NCBI GenBank assembly: GCA_043228905.1
Contig: JBHGNT010000003.1
Span: forward strand, 24,800,001-24,864,000
Source: Azolla caroliniana
Taxonomy: Eukaryota > Plantae > Polypodiophyta
Length of the DNA stretch: 64,000 bases
Direction of reading: 5' to 3'
Shown: positions 37,401 through 51,064 of the stretch, in pieces
How positions within the stretch are numbered: the first letter of the stretch is position 1
Layout of the letters: every line of letters begins with the position of its first letter
Program-made: the position numbers and the translations under genes
Notes under the pieces: model-generated
The model's input: only the letters and a program-made list of their open reading frames with translations
Told to the model about the DNA's origin: nothing
The model's database searches: none

Positions 37401-40400
37401 TCTACTCTCTACATTCAGAACAAGCTGCCCACAGGTTCCATCGCTACCATTATTTGACATGAATGCACTGAGTTATTTTCCAATGATAACCTTTGCCTGG
37501 GTTTTACTCACTTTTTTCGGATTATATCTGGGAGCCATTGCCAACTCCTTTTCAGTGGATCTTTCCCAACAGTCGAATTTGCAGGAGCTCACCACAATCT
37601 TCATTTGTGCTACCACATAAGATCACAGGGTTCTTCATCAATGGCAGCTGATTGATAGGTGTTCTCTGGGAGATAATTTATGAGATGCAAATAGGTTTTG
37701 TTTAGGATAGCAGTATTAGGAACAACACCTTTACCTTTTTTAAGACCACAGCATGGTCTCTTCTCCTGATTGCAATAAGTCTTACAAGAAGTGAACTAGG
37801 GCTTTCTAAAGCATTTCTACATCTTTATGTACAATGTGGGAACAATTTCTTTATAGATTCCCATTTTTGATATATAAACTCACACCTCTGACCAGAGAAT
37901 GAAGCATGCAAAGTGAAATATTACCTCATAAATGGCACGTGAATGTGGATTCATTCTTATTAATTGTTAGATTTCAAGCCATTTATTATTTGGAATCTAG
38001 CATTAAAGACAATTTTCTTTCTTTGTTTCTTTTCTTACTTATGTTGACAAATTAATACACATGATTGTAATTATTTCTTAAATCTCATAAGGCATTATGT
38101 TCTTTTAGAAAGAAAGAAAGATATATTAATGTCTTTTAAGAGGCCAAAATGGCCTATAAGACCAAACAAGAGATTACATCTTAAGTGTTGTCTCGTCTTT
38201 GAGAACAACAAATCAACAAATCAAAATAAAATAAATATTACTCCATAAATATCAAAGTAAATAAGATAAAAAAAGATGAGGGAAATTGGTTTTCGGCACA
38301 TTTGAGATTCTAAAGTTAGATGTATTGTAACTTTTGTCTTCGAAAGAGATCTCTGCCATAGGTCGATCCAGAATGGAAAGGTCTCCGAAGTGAGGGAAGC
38401 ACCTGTGATGGTGGGAGGTAATGGCTTTTATCTGTTGATGACAAGGGTGTTGAGGTTGTGGTCCATGGGGCTGGGGCCTATGTGCACGACAAATTGCTAT
38501 TGCCCGATCAATTGTAACCCCTTTGTTATGTCCTGGTCAGGAGCCCATTTGTGTAACCCTTGATTACCTTGTAGCATTAGTAGGAGTGATGGGGCTAAAG
38601 AAAGTTGTGATTGTTCTTTGTGGATGAGCTTGTGTGGCTGTATTCTTGAGCAACTTTTCCCGATGTCTCTTCAGCTCTAGCAAGAAAAGTCCTAGGCACT
38701 GTTGGTCCTCATATTCCATTACCTTGCGTAGCGGGCCAAAGCCTTGTTTAAAGAGGCAATGTTATCTCCCTCTGATTTCATAAAAGACACTACAGTGACA
38801 GACATAGTGTTCTTCGGATTCCACTCCTTGATGACACAATTGGCAAATTCTTTCTTCTAAAGGTATTCGTGTATATCTGCCTACCTCGATCTGTAACTGA
38901 TGTGATGAATTTATTCTTTATTTCTTACTGAATTTTCATATTTTTCTGAAGTTTGTAAATGAAGTAATTTTGTTTAATTATTTATTTATGTTTATGATAT
39001 TTGACTCTTTATATGGCAGGAGAATGTATGGGAATAACTTTTCTGGGCCCATTCCCCCAAGTATATTCACATTGCAATCATTGCAAAAACTGTGAGTTTC
39101 AAGATCTAATTTGCAATTATAAACAAGTTATGGAGGAGCAAACATGGAAAGATTTAAAAATCCATTATTTCAATACTTTACATTGACGGGACAATCATGG
39201 AACACAATTGCCAACCCTTCCTGTCACCCACTTAAGCCGATGACATGGCCAAAATACTTCATTCATTACTTAAACCTATGTATGGCCCACCCACCAATGG
39301 CCTAGTGTGGAGAGTACTAGTTCCTCTAGGTTCTACTTTAATCATGAATGGAAATACAAAATTGGGTCGGCTAGATCCCAGTCTGTACCTTTAAGTGTTT
39401 AATACTACTGCTGTAGAGTTTAGGCATTGTTATGTTCTAATTCATGGTGAGGTTTATCTGTTTCTTCAAATATTGCAAGACATAGTAGCCCATTCATTAA
39501 TTCTATGAAAAAATATTGCTAATAAAATCACGACTCAATCGTATAGAAATTAATTTAATAATAAAATTTGAGATGCCCTTTTCATAGTTGAAATGTATTT
39601 AATAACTTTTCTTTATTGTTATTTAAAGTTATCATAATCATATAGTTGTAGTAATATTAATAAAATGTGGAATATGTGTATTAATTAATCCCAAAATAAT
39701 AAGGAAGTTTCCTAATATATGTATATATACACACATATTTTTATAGCATTTCCTCATAAATAAAAACAATTATTTTTAAACAAGCATTAAAATATATGCT
39801 AATTAATTAAATGTAGAAATTACTATAGTCATTTAAGATATGTTAAAAGAATCTTTGATAAATTTATAGCTAGGATTCCAATAGTTCAAACATTAGTAGA
39901 TATTCTAAAACTATTGCTTCAATAAATCCTAATTTACGTTAAATTATGCATGAAGGGCATAATTATAAATAGTGGCAAGGGTCACTATTGACCATGTTTT
40001 CTTGCTACTTGTCAGGTTATTTTCGAGGTTTTTTAGACATGTTGCCTTCTATGTAGAAAGATGAAGTAGGATGCACAGATATACATATGTTTTCTTTGGT
40101 ACGTGTCTATCACTTTATGGCGCATTTGGAAGTGATAGACACATACCAAAGAAAACACAATATGTGTATCTTGGAGGAGAAAAGTTCTGCCCATCAACAA
40201 TCTTGACTGTTATAATTTATTTGTATAGAGTTGATCTGTACTCACCGTAGCTTATGGGAGGCATCTAACAGTTCAAGAACAAGAAGGCTGATGTGATTTT
40301 CATTGAGTTTGGGGACATTTGACCCTCTTATTTTCAGGTCAGGTGGATGATGTAGAATGTCAGTATAGCCCTCCATAATTGCTTCTTGTACATAACAGTT

Positions 40401-43400
40401 AGAGACCATTTTATTATCTTTGTAATATTTCTTATATAATGTGTATTGTCAGGTACATTTATTGTGGCCTTAGGCATTTTATATATTTTCATCTACACTG
40501 ATACAGATTGTTCATTGAAAAAACAGATTAATTGTCAAATGGTTATTTTTAAGTTTTAGATGTTGAAGTTATTCTAAGAATATGAATACCTTTGATGAAG
40601 AATTTTAGTTTAGAGAATCTTGGAAGAAACCATATGCTATGTTCTCATTCAAACTACTGTTTCTTTTTGTTAGGAGCATAGGTGATGTGTCAAATGCAGG
40701 GCTAATACCGTCCAGTTTTCGACCTTTGACAAACATAAACTATTTGTAATTTTCTTTATTTTAGACTTCTATGAGTTCAGGACTTTCACAAAATTTGATT
40801 TTGTCTCATTAAATAAGAGTGGATAATGTAGATCTCTAAGGCACAATGGACTTGGTGGATCAATTCCTGCAGATATAGGAGGCTTAGACAAACTTACATT
40901 TCTGTACGTGGAGGGCAAAACATGTGTCCAATGTGTTGAAACATTGTTTATAATTAATTCTTATTATGTTGGTGGTGCTCAGAGATTTGAGCTTCAATAA
41001 TTTGTCGGGAACAATTCCTTCAACGTTTGCAGCCCTGAACAATCTTAGGACGCTGTAAGTCTTATATGACATCTACCCATTTTTTCACAATATATTTGAA
41101 ATTACAAGAAGTATTAACAATTGAGAACTATATACATACTTGTTTTTGAATTCTAGTTCGGATTAGTTGCGGGAAACCTCAATATGTGGTACTCAGGACA
41201 GAATGCCACTAGATACAAAACACTTCTGTTTGCAAGGTTGTATGCATCTGAAAGCTTTGTCTAGGCAGAGGTCTTAGAGCCCTGGATAATGATACACATA
41301 TTTTCTTTGTGTGAGCCCAAAGAAGATGACCTCTTTGAGACTAGATTCACTGAAGACTAAATTGTGAATCTGATATTCCATATATATATATATATATATC
41401 GTGAGATCCCTATCAGAAAATAGAAAGTCATTGGAAGTAGTGCAAAATTTGAACCACATCCTTAACTTTTGTGTGGTGCAGAGTTCTACCACTGAAAGTG
41501 CACATATGATCAACAAAAGGATCCTAAAAAGGGATCCAGAACTTGTTCAATCCATGTTCGAAAACTTGAATAATCATTTAACAAATCAGATGACATGAAT
41601 TTATTACAAGATGTCCAAAGGGGTTTTACAAAGAACGATTCTAATTTGAAATGATTGACTAAAACCATCACATATCAATAAGTGTATATGTCCTGGCATT
41701 TTATCCGAATGCCCATGTAGGAAGGTAAAGGATAAGATGTCTAATGACTTTACGAGGTAAAAAATCAATGGTAACTCACAATTTGTTTCTATTGTAGGTG
41801 CCTTTGCTTCTAGAACTCGATGAATACCCTTTAACAATGCATGTTTATATATATATATTATTATATATACAAGCATTCTCAATAGTTTGTGCTATGGGAT
41901 TGATTCCTTTTAATTGAACTTGATAATCTTAATATTAGCCGACACATTTATTATTATTTTTTCCAAACCAAAATATCCTTCCATTAGTTTTAAAAAACCT
42001 ATCAAGTACAAACTACAAAAGAGATGAAAAAGAAGAGGAAAAAGGACTATCCCAATGAATAGCCATGGATCCTGCCGCCTACTTTCATCATACCAGAAAA
42101 TGTCATCATAATAATTAGACACCTTATACAGGCCTTCAAGGATAGAGTTTGCATGACACATTTGCACATAATAGTTAGCAAATAGCTGAAAGAACATTGT
42201 TAAATAAAGAAGTTATTACACCCTTCTCTTCATGGAGTTCCATATAACCCCTTAAACAATCTTTGCAAGACAGCATCCCAATGAGCCATGGGCTTCCAAA
42301 AATTAGGACCCTTGATGGCATAACAAATTTATCCACTTTTGGTTTTGAACAGACATTATCAACTCTAAATTCTTTGACACTCAAACATTTGTCTCTATCT
42401 CTGTTGGCTATCTTTACACAAAAATTAATTTTGCCATTGCTTTTCAACATTTAAAGCATGTATGCTTTCTTCTCTCATCAGACAGAGTTAAGCTTCCTCA
42501 CCCATATATAACCTCCTCCCTTTCCATTCATATAATATAAGTGATTAATTTTCTACTTTTCCTAAATGCACACCATCTAGGAAAACTGATCCTAACGAAA
42601 TTGATTGTATTTTACTTCTATGTTTTTGCAGGTTTCTTGGAAATAACAACTTGCAAGGAAATATATCTGTTCTTGGTGAAATTCAATATTTGGCTAGTTT
42701 GTAAGCCTAGCATTTCCACCACTCATTATCTCTTTGAAAGATCATTGTTCTTGAAATAATTCCGAACTTGTGTAAATGAAGATTGTGCTGATGCAATTAG
42801 CTAAAGCTTTGTATGCTGTCAGCCTCCTTGAGTCTCCAGCAAGGCATTGTATCTCCATTATACAATATCCAATCTCTGTATTCCATTGCCAATACTGTCA
42901 TGCATAATCACTATCCATGGTATCCTGTAGAACAACCATATTCACAAGATAAATCTTGGCTTAAAACAGGAAATGTTGGGCTTTGACCATTCCATCAGAT
43001 GACTCAAAATTTGAAGCACATAAAAGGAGAGATTTACAAAGGTTTAAACATTGGATATGGCCTGTGGGGAGTTATATCAATTCAAGCAAACCTTGCAAAT
43101 ATCTCATACTTGCAATCTAGTAAGGAGATTTTAAATGATAGAGACTGATGGCAAAACAACCACTTCTTTTTCGAAAATAATCTCATAACTCTTCAAATCG
43201 TATGTTTTATGGGAGAAATAGTGTATATTTATTCTGATGTATGATCGTGTACATTATTTTACAATTATTTCTTGCAATCTAGGAAGGCAATTTTAAATGT
43301 TAGAGATTGATGGCAAAACAGCCACTCCTTTCTCAAAAATGATTGCATAACCTCAAATCATATGTTTTATGGGAAAAATAGTATATATTTTTTCTGATGT

Positions 43401-46400
43401 ATGATTGCATACATTATTTTACAATTATTTCTTGCAATTTAGGAAGGCGATTTTAAATGATAGAGACTGATGGCTAAACAGCCACTTCTTTTTTAAAAAT
43501 AATCTCATAACTTCAAATCATATGTTTTATGGGAAAAATAGCATATATTTTTCTTATGTATGATTGTGTACATTATTTTACAATTATTTCTTGTCTTTTC
43601 AGGGATATCTCCTATAACCAACTATCAGGGCCTCTTCCAACATGGTTGGATAGAAGTTCTCTTGAAGCGTATGATAATATTTCTCATCTTGAGGTTTTCC
43701 TTGAATAATAATGTATTGCTTATAAAGATGTGTTTTATTTGCTTTATATAGTATAATATTTCAATTCATAATGGATATCTAATTTTGTTAACGCCGTAAA
43801 TTAATTGAAATTTTAATGTGTCTGTCTATAGTTAAGTTTCTGGGAAATATTTATAGTGATTTATCTTTATTTATTTATTGTAGGAACTTGTTATGGAACT
43901 TGTTTCAGCCAATTGATAGTGAAAGCAGGTAATGTGTTTCCAATTGTTCTCGGTTTTACAACAGAAGGTTATCTCTAATATTATTTTCAAATTTATCTTT
44001 GGAGGTCATTAATCTTCTCTATAAACACCTTACTGTATCCATATTACTGTTTGGTCCAGTTCTTTTAGTCTTCTTATTGCTAGTCATAACGCAAGTTACC
44101 TCTTATTGAAGACTGCTTACCCTATAGCAAGATTAGGAACCTTCTCAGAATATGGACTTGAGCCCTTCTGTGTATAATATTGCTATAGGAGCTGGTCCTA
44201 CAGTCCTCTAGATAGACAGAAGGAAAGATATGTTGATGTCTCTCAAATGGTGAGGATGACATTGAGACTAGAGATTACAAAAAAAATTCTTATCTCATCT
44301 CAAGCAAACATTAGTCAACATGGAGAGTTAACTTTTCATTTTGGATTTATTTTTATAGACTGCAATATACAACATTCAATTGTTTGGATAACACATCACC
44401 TTGTCAACGAACAACGGCTGGAACAAGTAATATAGTAGTTCAATAATTAAATAAATATGCTTCACATGTAATAATATGCTCACTTATCTTCTATAATTTA
44501 TGACATGGGGAAATGAGCTCAAAATCAGCTTTTGTATGTGCATGTGTTTGTATATAGAGTATCTTCCGCCAAATAGTTTCTATTAGTTTTTCAACAGTAT
44601 AATCTATTTGCTTTTGTGTATGCCTGTTGTTTTGTTTATTATTATTTTTTAATTTCGTTGTTTTTATGTCTCTTTTGTATTCCCAAAACAGTTATTGGAA
44701 ATGATAGAATTTGACTTCTATCTTTGTCTTTGGATTTTTGTTTTGGATATATGTATATATGCTAAGATTAATTTCATATATTGGTATTGCTATTGGGCTA
44801 GAAAAATGAATTATGAATTTCTGATTTCATATGAAATTATAGCTATCATAAAGTAACACATGCTAACGTCAAGACCATGGTTTTATTGGCAGATGTAGGA
44901 TTTTCAATAAATTGTGGAGGTCCTGACGTTAAAACTATCTCAGACCAAACTGTTTACACTGCTGATAATGAAGATCTTGGAAACTCTAGTTACTTCCAAA
45001 ATAATGATGGAACATGGGGAGTGAGCTACACTGGATATGATGACAATGGTGGTGGTAACACTTTCTATACTACTTTGGTGACATTATCTGATATCCAGGG
45101 CACTTCTGATCAGGAACTATATAAGACTGCACGTGGTGCTGCAAACACTTTAAGATACTATGGGAAAGATATGACAAATGGTGTTTATCATGTTGATCTA
45201 CATTTTGCTGAGATAGTGATAACTTATGATGGCCATCGGCAAAATCACGGAAATAGAAAATTTGACGTTTACATACAGGTGCAACTGATATTCTTATCCT
45301 ATTAATCTTAAAGGTGTGAAGTGAGACATTTCTGTTTTGTTATACTCTATATTACTGGTGGGTAACATCAATGTGGGTTCTTAGCCCAGTAAAGAATCAT
45401 TTGAGCAGTGTATCTGTTTTCAGGATAGAAGCATTCATAGAAGAGGGTATAGATATACTCTATTTTTGAGGTATAGATTGAATGTCTTAATGTCTTAATG
45501 GCTCATTGTTATGTCATAGTGTATTTTGGACGTATTTTTTGAGTGGCTTATCTTTCTTTCTGGAAGGGTGGTAATATCTCCCCATTGGGAACCAGATGGT
45601 GAAGGTAATATAGTTTAGAAACCATAGAAATCATGCATTCTTGAGAAATCCTAGCCTTCTTGCGCATAGAAATAGGAAATTGAACTCTTGGCCTTTGTGA
45701 TTGAAGGACATTGTTGACATGGTTTTAGATGGTGTAATCAGTGTCTAGGAAAGCGTTTGGATGGTGGTTCACTATATTAATGGGACGAGATTGAAATTCG
45801 TAAAGGTGTTGAAAAGGTCAGTTCATTGGAAATGCTATGTCATGGTGGCATACAATGATGGAGATCCTCAGTTCCGGTGATCAGGCGCCAGACCTGATTG
45901 GTATCGGCTGCTCATGTTTGTGTGCATTGAAGCTGTTTATGTTTGTGAAAGTGCTTTGAGAGATGTCAATATATCTTTCTTTTTTTCTATGTTAATGGTC
46001 TCAAAATTCTTTGTCTTGACTGAATTCATGTAAATAGAAATTGGCTCTTCATACTAGAGATGTTTCAAGTATGTGAACAGTGTAACATATTGAAGATTCA
46101 TTAATTTTTCATTAAACACAATTCTACAACATACATGTTGACCCTCTTAACTTATCTTAAGAATGACAATTGCAGGGTGTCAGACTCTTAGAAGATTTTG
46201 ACATTCGTAAGGAAGCAAATGGTTCATTCAAAGCATTGGTAAAAAGTTATTTGATTAATGTTGAAAACAATGTTCTCGACATTCATCTTTTATGGTCTGG
46301 GAAAGGCTCATGTTGTTTACCAACCCAATGGACATATGGACCCTTGATTTCAGCTATACATGTTTATCCTGGTATTTTCCTATATGGTATTAATCTATTT

Positions 46401-49400
46401 TTTGTGTTTAAGTGAAAGTACTTCTCTCTAAGAAAAATGTTATGTACATCATTTGATTCTAATTCATAGCTTATTTTAAACCAGATTTTAATGTTGATAG
46501 CAAGAAACACTTGAGTACTTCAAGAATCATTGCAATTGTGATTTCAATTTTTGTGGGACTCTTGGTTGCTATTATTGTTCTTATTCTCTGGAGAAAATGT
46601 TGCAAGTCAAGCCGTCAAGCCCCACTAGGTGACAAATTGGGATGTTTGATTTCTCATTTTATTTCAGTCATGAGCTTATCAGCTTGTAAGTGGGCTTGAT
46701 TTCTGTTTCATATAAATCTGATTAATAGCTTCAGTAGGGATCCGGGAAATGGAATCAAAACCTTACATGTTCAGTTATAATGAATTGAGGATTGCTACAG
46801 ACAACTTCCATTTGAACAACAAACTGGGTGAAGGAGGTTTTGGATCTGTTTACAAGGTATCGATCATGTCTGCTTTTTGTATTTGTGAATACCATACAGA
46901 ATTTTCCTGTATTTAGAATGTGTATTTATTGATGGTGAGAAAAAACTGTTGGTATGCACCAAACTCCATGTTGGTTGTGGTGCTCAAAAGGAAACAATGT
47001 AGGAATGATTCATGATCGACGAGGGTGGTATTGATGCATCAGATAGAATGTTTCATAGAGTAGTTCTGGGAGATTTTTTTATAAGGCTGATAATTGATTC
47101 CTTAGCTTTAGGGTCACATTTTGGCACATCTGAGTCAGTAAATGATGAGAATTGATCAAATTCTAAAGATATAATCATTGATGATGTTTTGGGCTTTTCT
47201 TAGATTGTCAAAGAGGATTAGTTGTTCCTGCTAGACAATTACTTGTGATGAATTATGAATTGCAAAAAGGGGACACATTGACACCCTGTGTGTTTTTGCC
47301 CATCTTCACATGCTTGCAATTGTATTGCCTCATCTTTGGATATTTCTAGTCATAAAACAGCATTAGTAATAAAATATATTACTAAAAAGCATAGTATACT
47401 TTGTTTTCCATCTTATAGCACACATAAGTCTGAAGTCTTGCGATAATAGTTTATGGTGGCTTAACTGAAAGTCTGATGTGACAGCATTTTAGTGTGGGTG
47501 ATGAACATTGTTGAAAACTTGTTGTTTGGAGATACTCAGAATAGCAAATCAGATATTAAAATGAACCCTCTTTATGACACGAGACAAGCATTTGGTATAT
47601 TGTCAAGAAATTCAAGATAGCATCACATATTGATAATATTGATTCTCTTTACTAATAATCACTGTTGGATGCTGACATTGAAGAATGTTTCCAGTCACAT
47701 GACATAAATATAAATGTCCAACCATATTATCCACACTTCGACATGACCAAAATAAAAAAGAATAGGGTGATCTGAGTTGATATTGTTAAATTCTATAATG
47801 TGAGAATGTGTCAACTTCAAAACACCTCTTGTTAGGAAGATGGCTCACAATGTAAGGCCCTTGTTTTACACTTGTGACAGGATGGGTTTATCTTTAGGCT
47901 CTCTTATATGGATACACATCTTTCTTATATGCTTCATAGTGTGATAGGGGCAGCTCATGAACTCATGACATCAGTTAGAGATTTCAACATTAAATATCTT
48001 GCCCAGTCTTTTAGGCCATTTTGGGCTCTCAAAGACATTAATATATCTTTCCTTTGTTCTTTTATCACAACACAAAAGAAGTATCTGGTGTTGATCAATT
48101 TTTTATTTTGTAGGGACATTTACCAAATGGGACAATAATTGCTGTGAAGAAGCTTTCTTCAAAAGCAGACAAAGGAACAAAAGAGTTTCTCAATGAAGTT
48201 TTCACCTTATCTACAGTACACCATCGCAACCTTGTGAAGTTACTTGGATGCTGTGTCCAAGGCCAGGAGAAAATTTTAGTTTTTGAGTTTTTAGAGAATA
48301 ACAGCCTTTCGCAATATCTACTTGGTAATCTGCTCTCTTTTTCTCTTAACATTATATGCTTGTCATTTACAGTCAACAAAATTATGCTGATAATATTAGT
48401 TTTCGTTCATACAGAAAACAAATCCTTTATGGACTGGTCTACACGATTTAACATTTGTCATGGAATTGCACGAGGGCTTATGTATTTGCATGAAGAATCG
48501 AGGTCACGCATAGTGCATAGAGACATAAAAGCCAGCAATATTCTTCTGGATGGGAATCTGAACCCCAAAATAGCAGATTTTGGTCTAGCTAAATTCTTCA
48601 GTGAGGAAAAGACCCATGTTAGCACACGTATTGCTGGGACCATGTAAGTCAAACCCTAACTAATGTATTTTTGTCACGTTATATTGGTAGCAAAATGTTG
48701 ATCACAAGAAATGAACAAACAGTTTTATGATACGAATGTCAGTTTTGTCAAATTGTGTATGAAAGATTGAGTTTATGGGTATTATTGACACTGGAACATT
48801 TGTTCTATCACTTTCTGGATTTATATAGATGCTAGACCGTACCCAAATCCACTATTTGAGTAATTTGTATGTATCAGCAGTTTGTAGCACAATAATTACT
48901 TGTCACAGAGTTGCATGAGGGCATATGTATTTGCATGAACTTGGATTGTAGTTTATTTAATGAGACAAGAATGTACTTACCTTCAAATGGTATAAGCAAC
49001 AGATAACAACGTACTAATATATCTTGGATGGTAATGTACTAATATATAACAGGATTAAAGCCAACTTTGTCTTGTATTTCGTCAATATTTAAATAAATGA
49101 AATAATTATATATTCATATGTTTATCCATATCTTTATGAAGAACATGAGATATACTTTGTTAGGAGTGTCCCCAAAGCTATCATTTGAATGCATTGATGG
49201 GTTATAAGTATTAAAATCATGGAACTTTGCAGAGGATATCTTGCACCAGAATATGCCTTCGGTGGAAAACTTACTGAAAAGGCAGACATATACAGCTTTG
49301 GTGTTCTTTTACTTGAGATTGTTAGTGGCAGAAGCTGTACAGATACTGGACAGATTTCTCTTTTAGAATGGGTATGTATCTTTGATTATTTTTGTAGGGA

Positions 49401-50306
49401 AGAAAAATGTCAAGCAAAATGTCAAGCAAAATGTTTTAAAGCCTAGCTTAAAGTTTAAAATACATTAATTATATAGTTCACATCAACTATATTCAAAGGT
49501 AATTTTAAATGTGAAGTAAATAGAGCATCAACCCTAAACTCTTTTCAATGTCATCATGTATCTTTATTATATTTACTGGAGTAGCATAATGTAGTTTACT
49601 GATTTAATTTCTTAAGTTGATGGGAGGTTTTACTAATTTCCTTGGCCCACGACATTACATGTGTAGACAGATATTTTCATCTAGTTATATTCATTTAGGT
49701 TTGGTCCCCAATAGTGTCCAGCATTTTGCTATGTAACCTTGTTTTCAGTTTCATAGACCATTTTGGCCTCTTAAGATATGTTAATGATGTTAATGTGAAA
49801 GCATGTCATGTGGGTGTTTCTGTAAATGTCCCGTTTATGGATATAAACTGTTGTACATCATGTATGTCTTTTTTGTATCATTTTATGTTTGCTTTTGTGT
49901 AGTGCGTGGCTTTTGTTCTGTACATGATACGCATTTTTAGTGATATTTTTGTATTCTTGCTGCACAGACATGGCTGTTACAGGAGGAGAATAAAGTTGTG
50001 GAGCTTGTTGATCCAAGACTAGGAGACAAATTCCAAGAACGAGAGGTACAGAATGTGGTCTGTATAGCGCTTCTATGTACACAAGCAGTAGCAGCAGCAA
50101 GGCCAAAGATGTCTGAAGCTCTGGAGATGCTTACAGGAGCAAAAGAAGTTTCGTTTTCTATCACTAAACCTAACTTCTTATCTGATTTGAGGCGTCTTAA
50201 GCAAGAAAACCCACTTCTAGGTATCTCAACTGAAGATTCCAGGAGTGACCATAAACCTCTATTTAGTAATGCAAACCATACAGTCTCACTTGTTGAACCT
50301 CGATAA
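19481..50306 (+). CDS. LRR-malectin receptor-like Ser/Thr kinase (LRR-VIII-2 type), about 1004 aa, 24 exons
   Basis: Exons: 19481-19613, 34121-34262; ten 72-nt LRR exons (34384-34455, 34528-34599, 34684-34755, 36391-36462, 36554-36625, 36715-36786, 39020-39091, 40674-40745, 40832-40903, 40983-41054); 42632-42700, 43603-43668, 43884-43928, 44359-44426; malectin 44893-45278 and 46176-46371 ([33 protein letters not shown]); TM 46485-46628; kinase 46729-46856, 48114-48324, 48415-48643, 49233-49371, 49968-50306 ([23 protein letters not shown]). All GT-AG, total 3015 nt in frame. Confidence 0.92.
20292..23776 (-). mobile_element. Ty1/copia LTR retrotransposon copy A, 3'-truncated (no RNase H or 3' LTR), in RLK intron 1
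   Basis: ORF 20379..23330: gag, [14 protein letters not shown] zinc knuckle, LDSGAS protease start, integrase, RT (YVDD). tRNA-iMet PBS (reverse complement of tggtatcagagc) at 23700-23711; LTR U5 end at 23715-23776. Homology to copy B continues past a 1-nt frameshift to ~20292. Confidence 0.93.
23777..26043 (-). mobile_element. 5'-truncated RTE/RTE-X-like LINE inserted in the LTR of copia A
   Basis: RT motifs [35 protein letters not shown]; C-terminal [15 protein letters not shown]...[15 protein letters not shown] zinc finger; (CTTT)n tail at 23777; internal stop and frameshift. Confidence 0.92.
26044..26352 (-). mobile_element. LTR-like segment, continuing at 31919-31982 (TGTTGAG start); probable upstream part of the copia A 5' LTR
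   Basis: Removing copia B via its TSD joins 31982->31919 to 26347->26044. The joined sequence begins TGTTGAGAATC, contains a TATA-like motif and ends in a pyrimidine-rich tract. Confidence 0.55.
27423..28228 (+). repeat. 269-bp internal tandem triplication (zinc knuckle to protease start) in copia B
   Basis: gatgtagaatgccatcac at 27423, 27692 and 27961. Confidence 0.95.
28526..28945 (+). repeat. 218-bp internal tandem duplication (GAG-pre-integrase region) in copia B
   Basis: gtatcctctccatg at 28526 and 28744; gtgaaactgg at 28621 and 28839. Confidence 0.93.
32900..33230 (+). pseudogene. PPR (PLS/E-domain) gene debris in RLK intron 1
   Basis: [17 protein letters not shown] (32980-33035) and [18 protein letters not shown]...[17 protein letters not shown] (E-domain-like). 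Confidence 0.7.
33844..33947. mobile_element. 104-bp fold-back mini-element with TGT...ACA ends and 5-bp TSD GCACC
   Basis: 46-bp perfect inverted arms 33844-33889 / 33902-33947; 12-nt spacer; gcacc at 33839-33843 and 33948-33952. Confidence 0.85.
35429..35676. repeat. Degenerate ~135-bp tandem duplication in RLK intron 5
   Basis: tttcatgtg..acttgagtg.gccta...gttgatgttgt.tttct.cactt...aagaatat.cataga.atat occurs twice. Confidence 0.7.
38108..38907 (-). mobile_element. 5'-truncated RTE-type LINE (3' ~800 bp) in RLK intron 8
   Basis: Same tail, 3' UTR and zinc-finger region as 23777-24570. Confidence 0.92.
40078..40170 (+). ncRNA. Candidate intronic miRNA-like hairpin
   Basis: 28-bp stem 40088-40115 / 40130-40157 with one mismatch and a 14-nt loop, plus a 10-bp basal stem after a 3-nt bulge. 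Expression unknown. Confidence 0.35.
43109..43593. repeat. ~161-bp tandem repeat, 3 copies, directly before RLK exon 14
   Basis: Units start cttgcaat(c/t)tag at 43109, 43271 and 43431. Confidence 0.92.
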
Positions 50307-50569
50307 ATATAACCTATCATTCTCATACATATATTATACTCTGTACTATAGTGTATTCTTATACTAAAATTTGATTGGAGATTAAATAATGAGACAATTT
50401 CTCTCTATGGATGCTGAAGCCTTATCTGCATTAATATTAATGAATCTTCAGATAACTCCTAATTTGTAGTCATGTGAGTTTACTTGTGATGATTTAATTT
50501 GATTCAAATTGAGTTTCCAAGAATTGTGATAGTAGCATAGACAATTACGTAAGAAGGGTGTATCTGTAT

Positions 50570-50816
50570 AATGTAATAGACCACAATGAAAATATTTGTA
50601 GAACCTTTCAATTCAGATATCAGTAAAAAACCATTCAATTAATAAACTATTAAGGTAAAAATAAAGTTAACTAAAAACCTTTAAACCAAACCTATAAACC
50701 CAAGTTTTAGAACCGAACTGTTTATAAAAAATCCAAACCGAACTGTTTATAAAAAATGGCTTAACAGTTCTCTTAACATTTCGGTTCGGTTTGACCCGAA
50801 ACCGTGCCAATTGCTA
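50570..50816. mobile_element. Probable hAT-type MITE end between the convergent RLK and CFAP44 3' ends
   Basis: aaccgaactgtttataaaaaat twice, ttcggttcggtt, ending ...gtgccaattgcta (reverse complement TAGCAATTGGCAC). Confidence 0.45.
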
Positions 50817-51064
50817 ATCATATTATATTTAACAGAAAAAAATTGGATGATCTCTTCTCATCTTGAGCAATTACACCATTAATACTTCCATTAAAAGGAA
50901 ATTTACTTATTATATCATGTAATATACATTGACCAATGATCAGAATCTTGACAAATGCTCAAGCCATATTGACGAAGTTTAGTACTAAGGTGAGGAACAA
51001 TTGCACAACAGATAAATATTATTTCATCACTAAAGAGATGAGCCAAACTACCTTAATTTGCGCG

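Noticed and set aside
37200-37800. Possible L1 zf-RVT remnant in RLK intron 8 (similar doubt for ~60300-61200)
   Set aside because: Too degenerate to call by eye
4878-50306. MSL channel plus malectin-RLK as a functional cell-wall or mechanosensing gene pair
   Set aside because: Divergent neighbours ~4.5 kb apart, but both families are large and nothing in the sequence shows co-regulation; would need synteny and co-expression data
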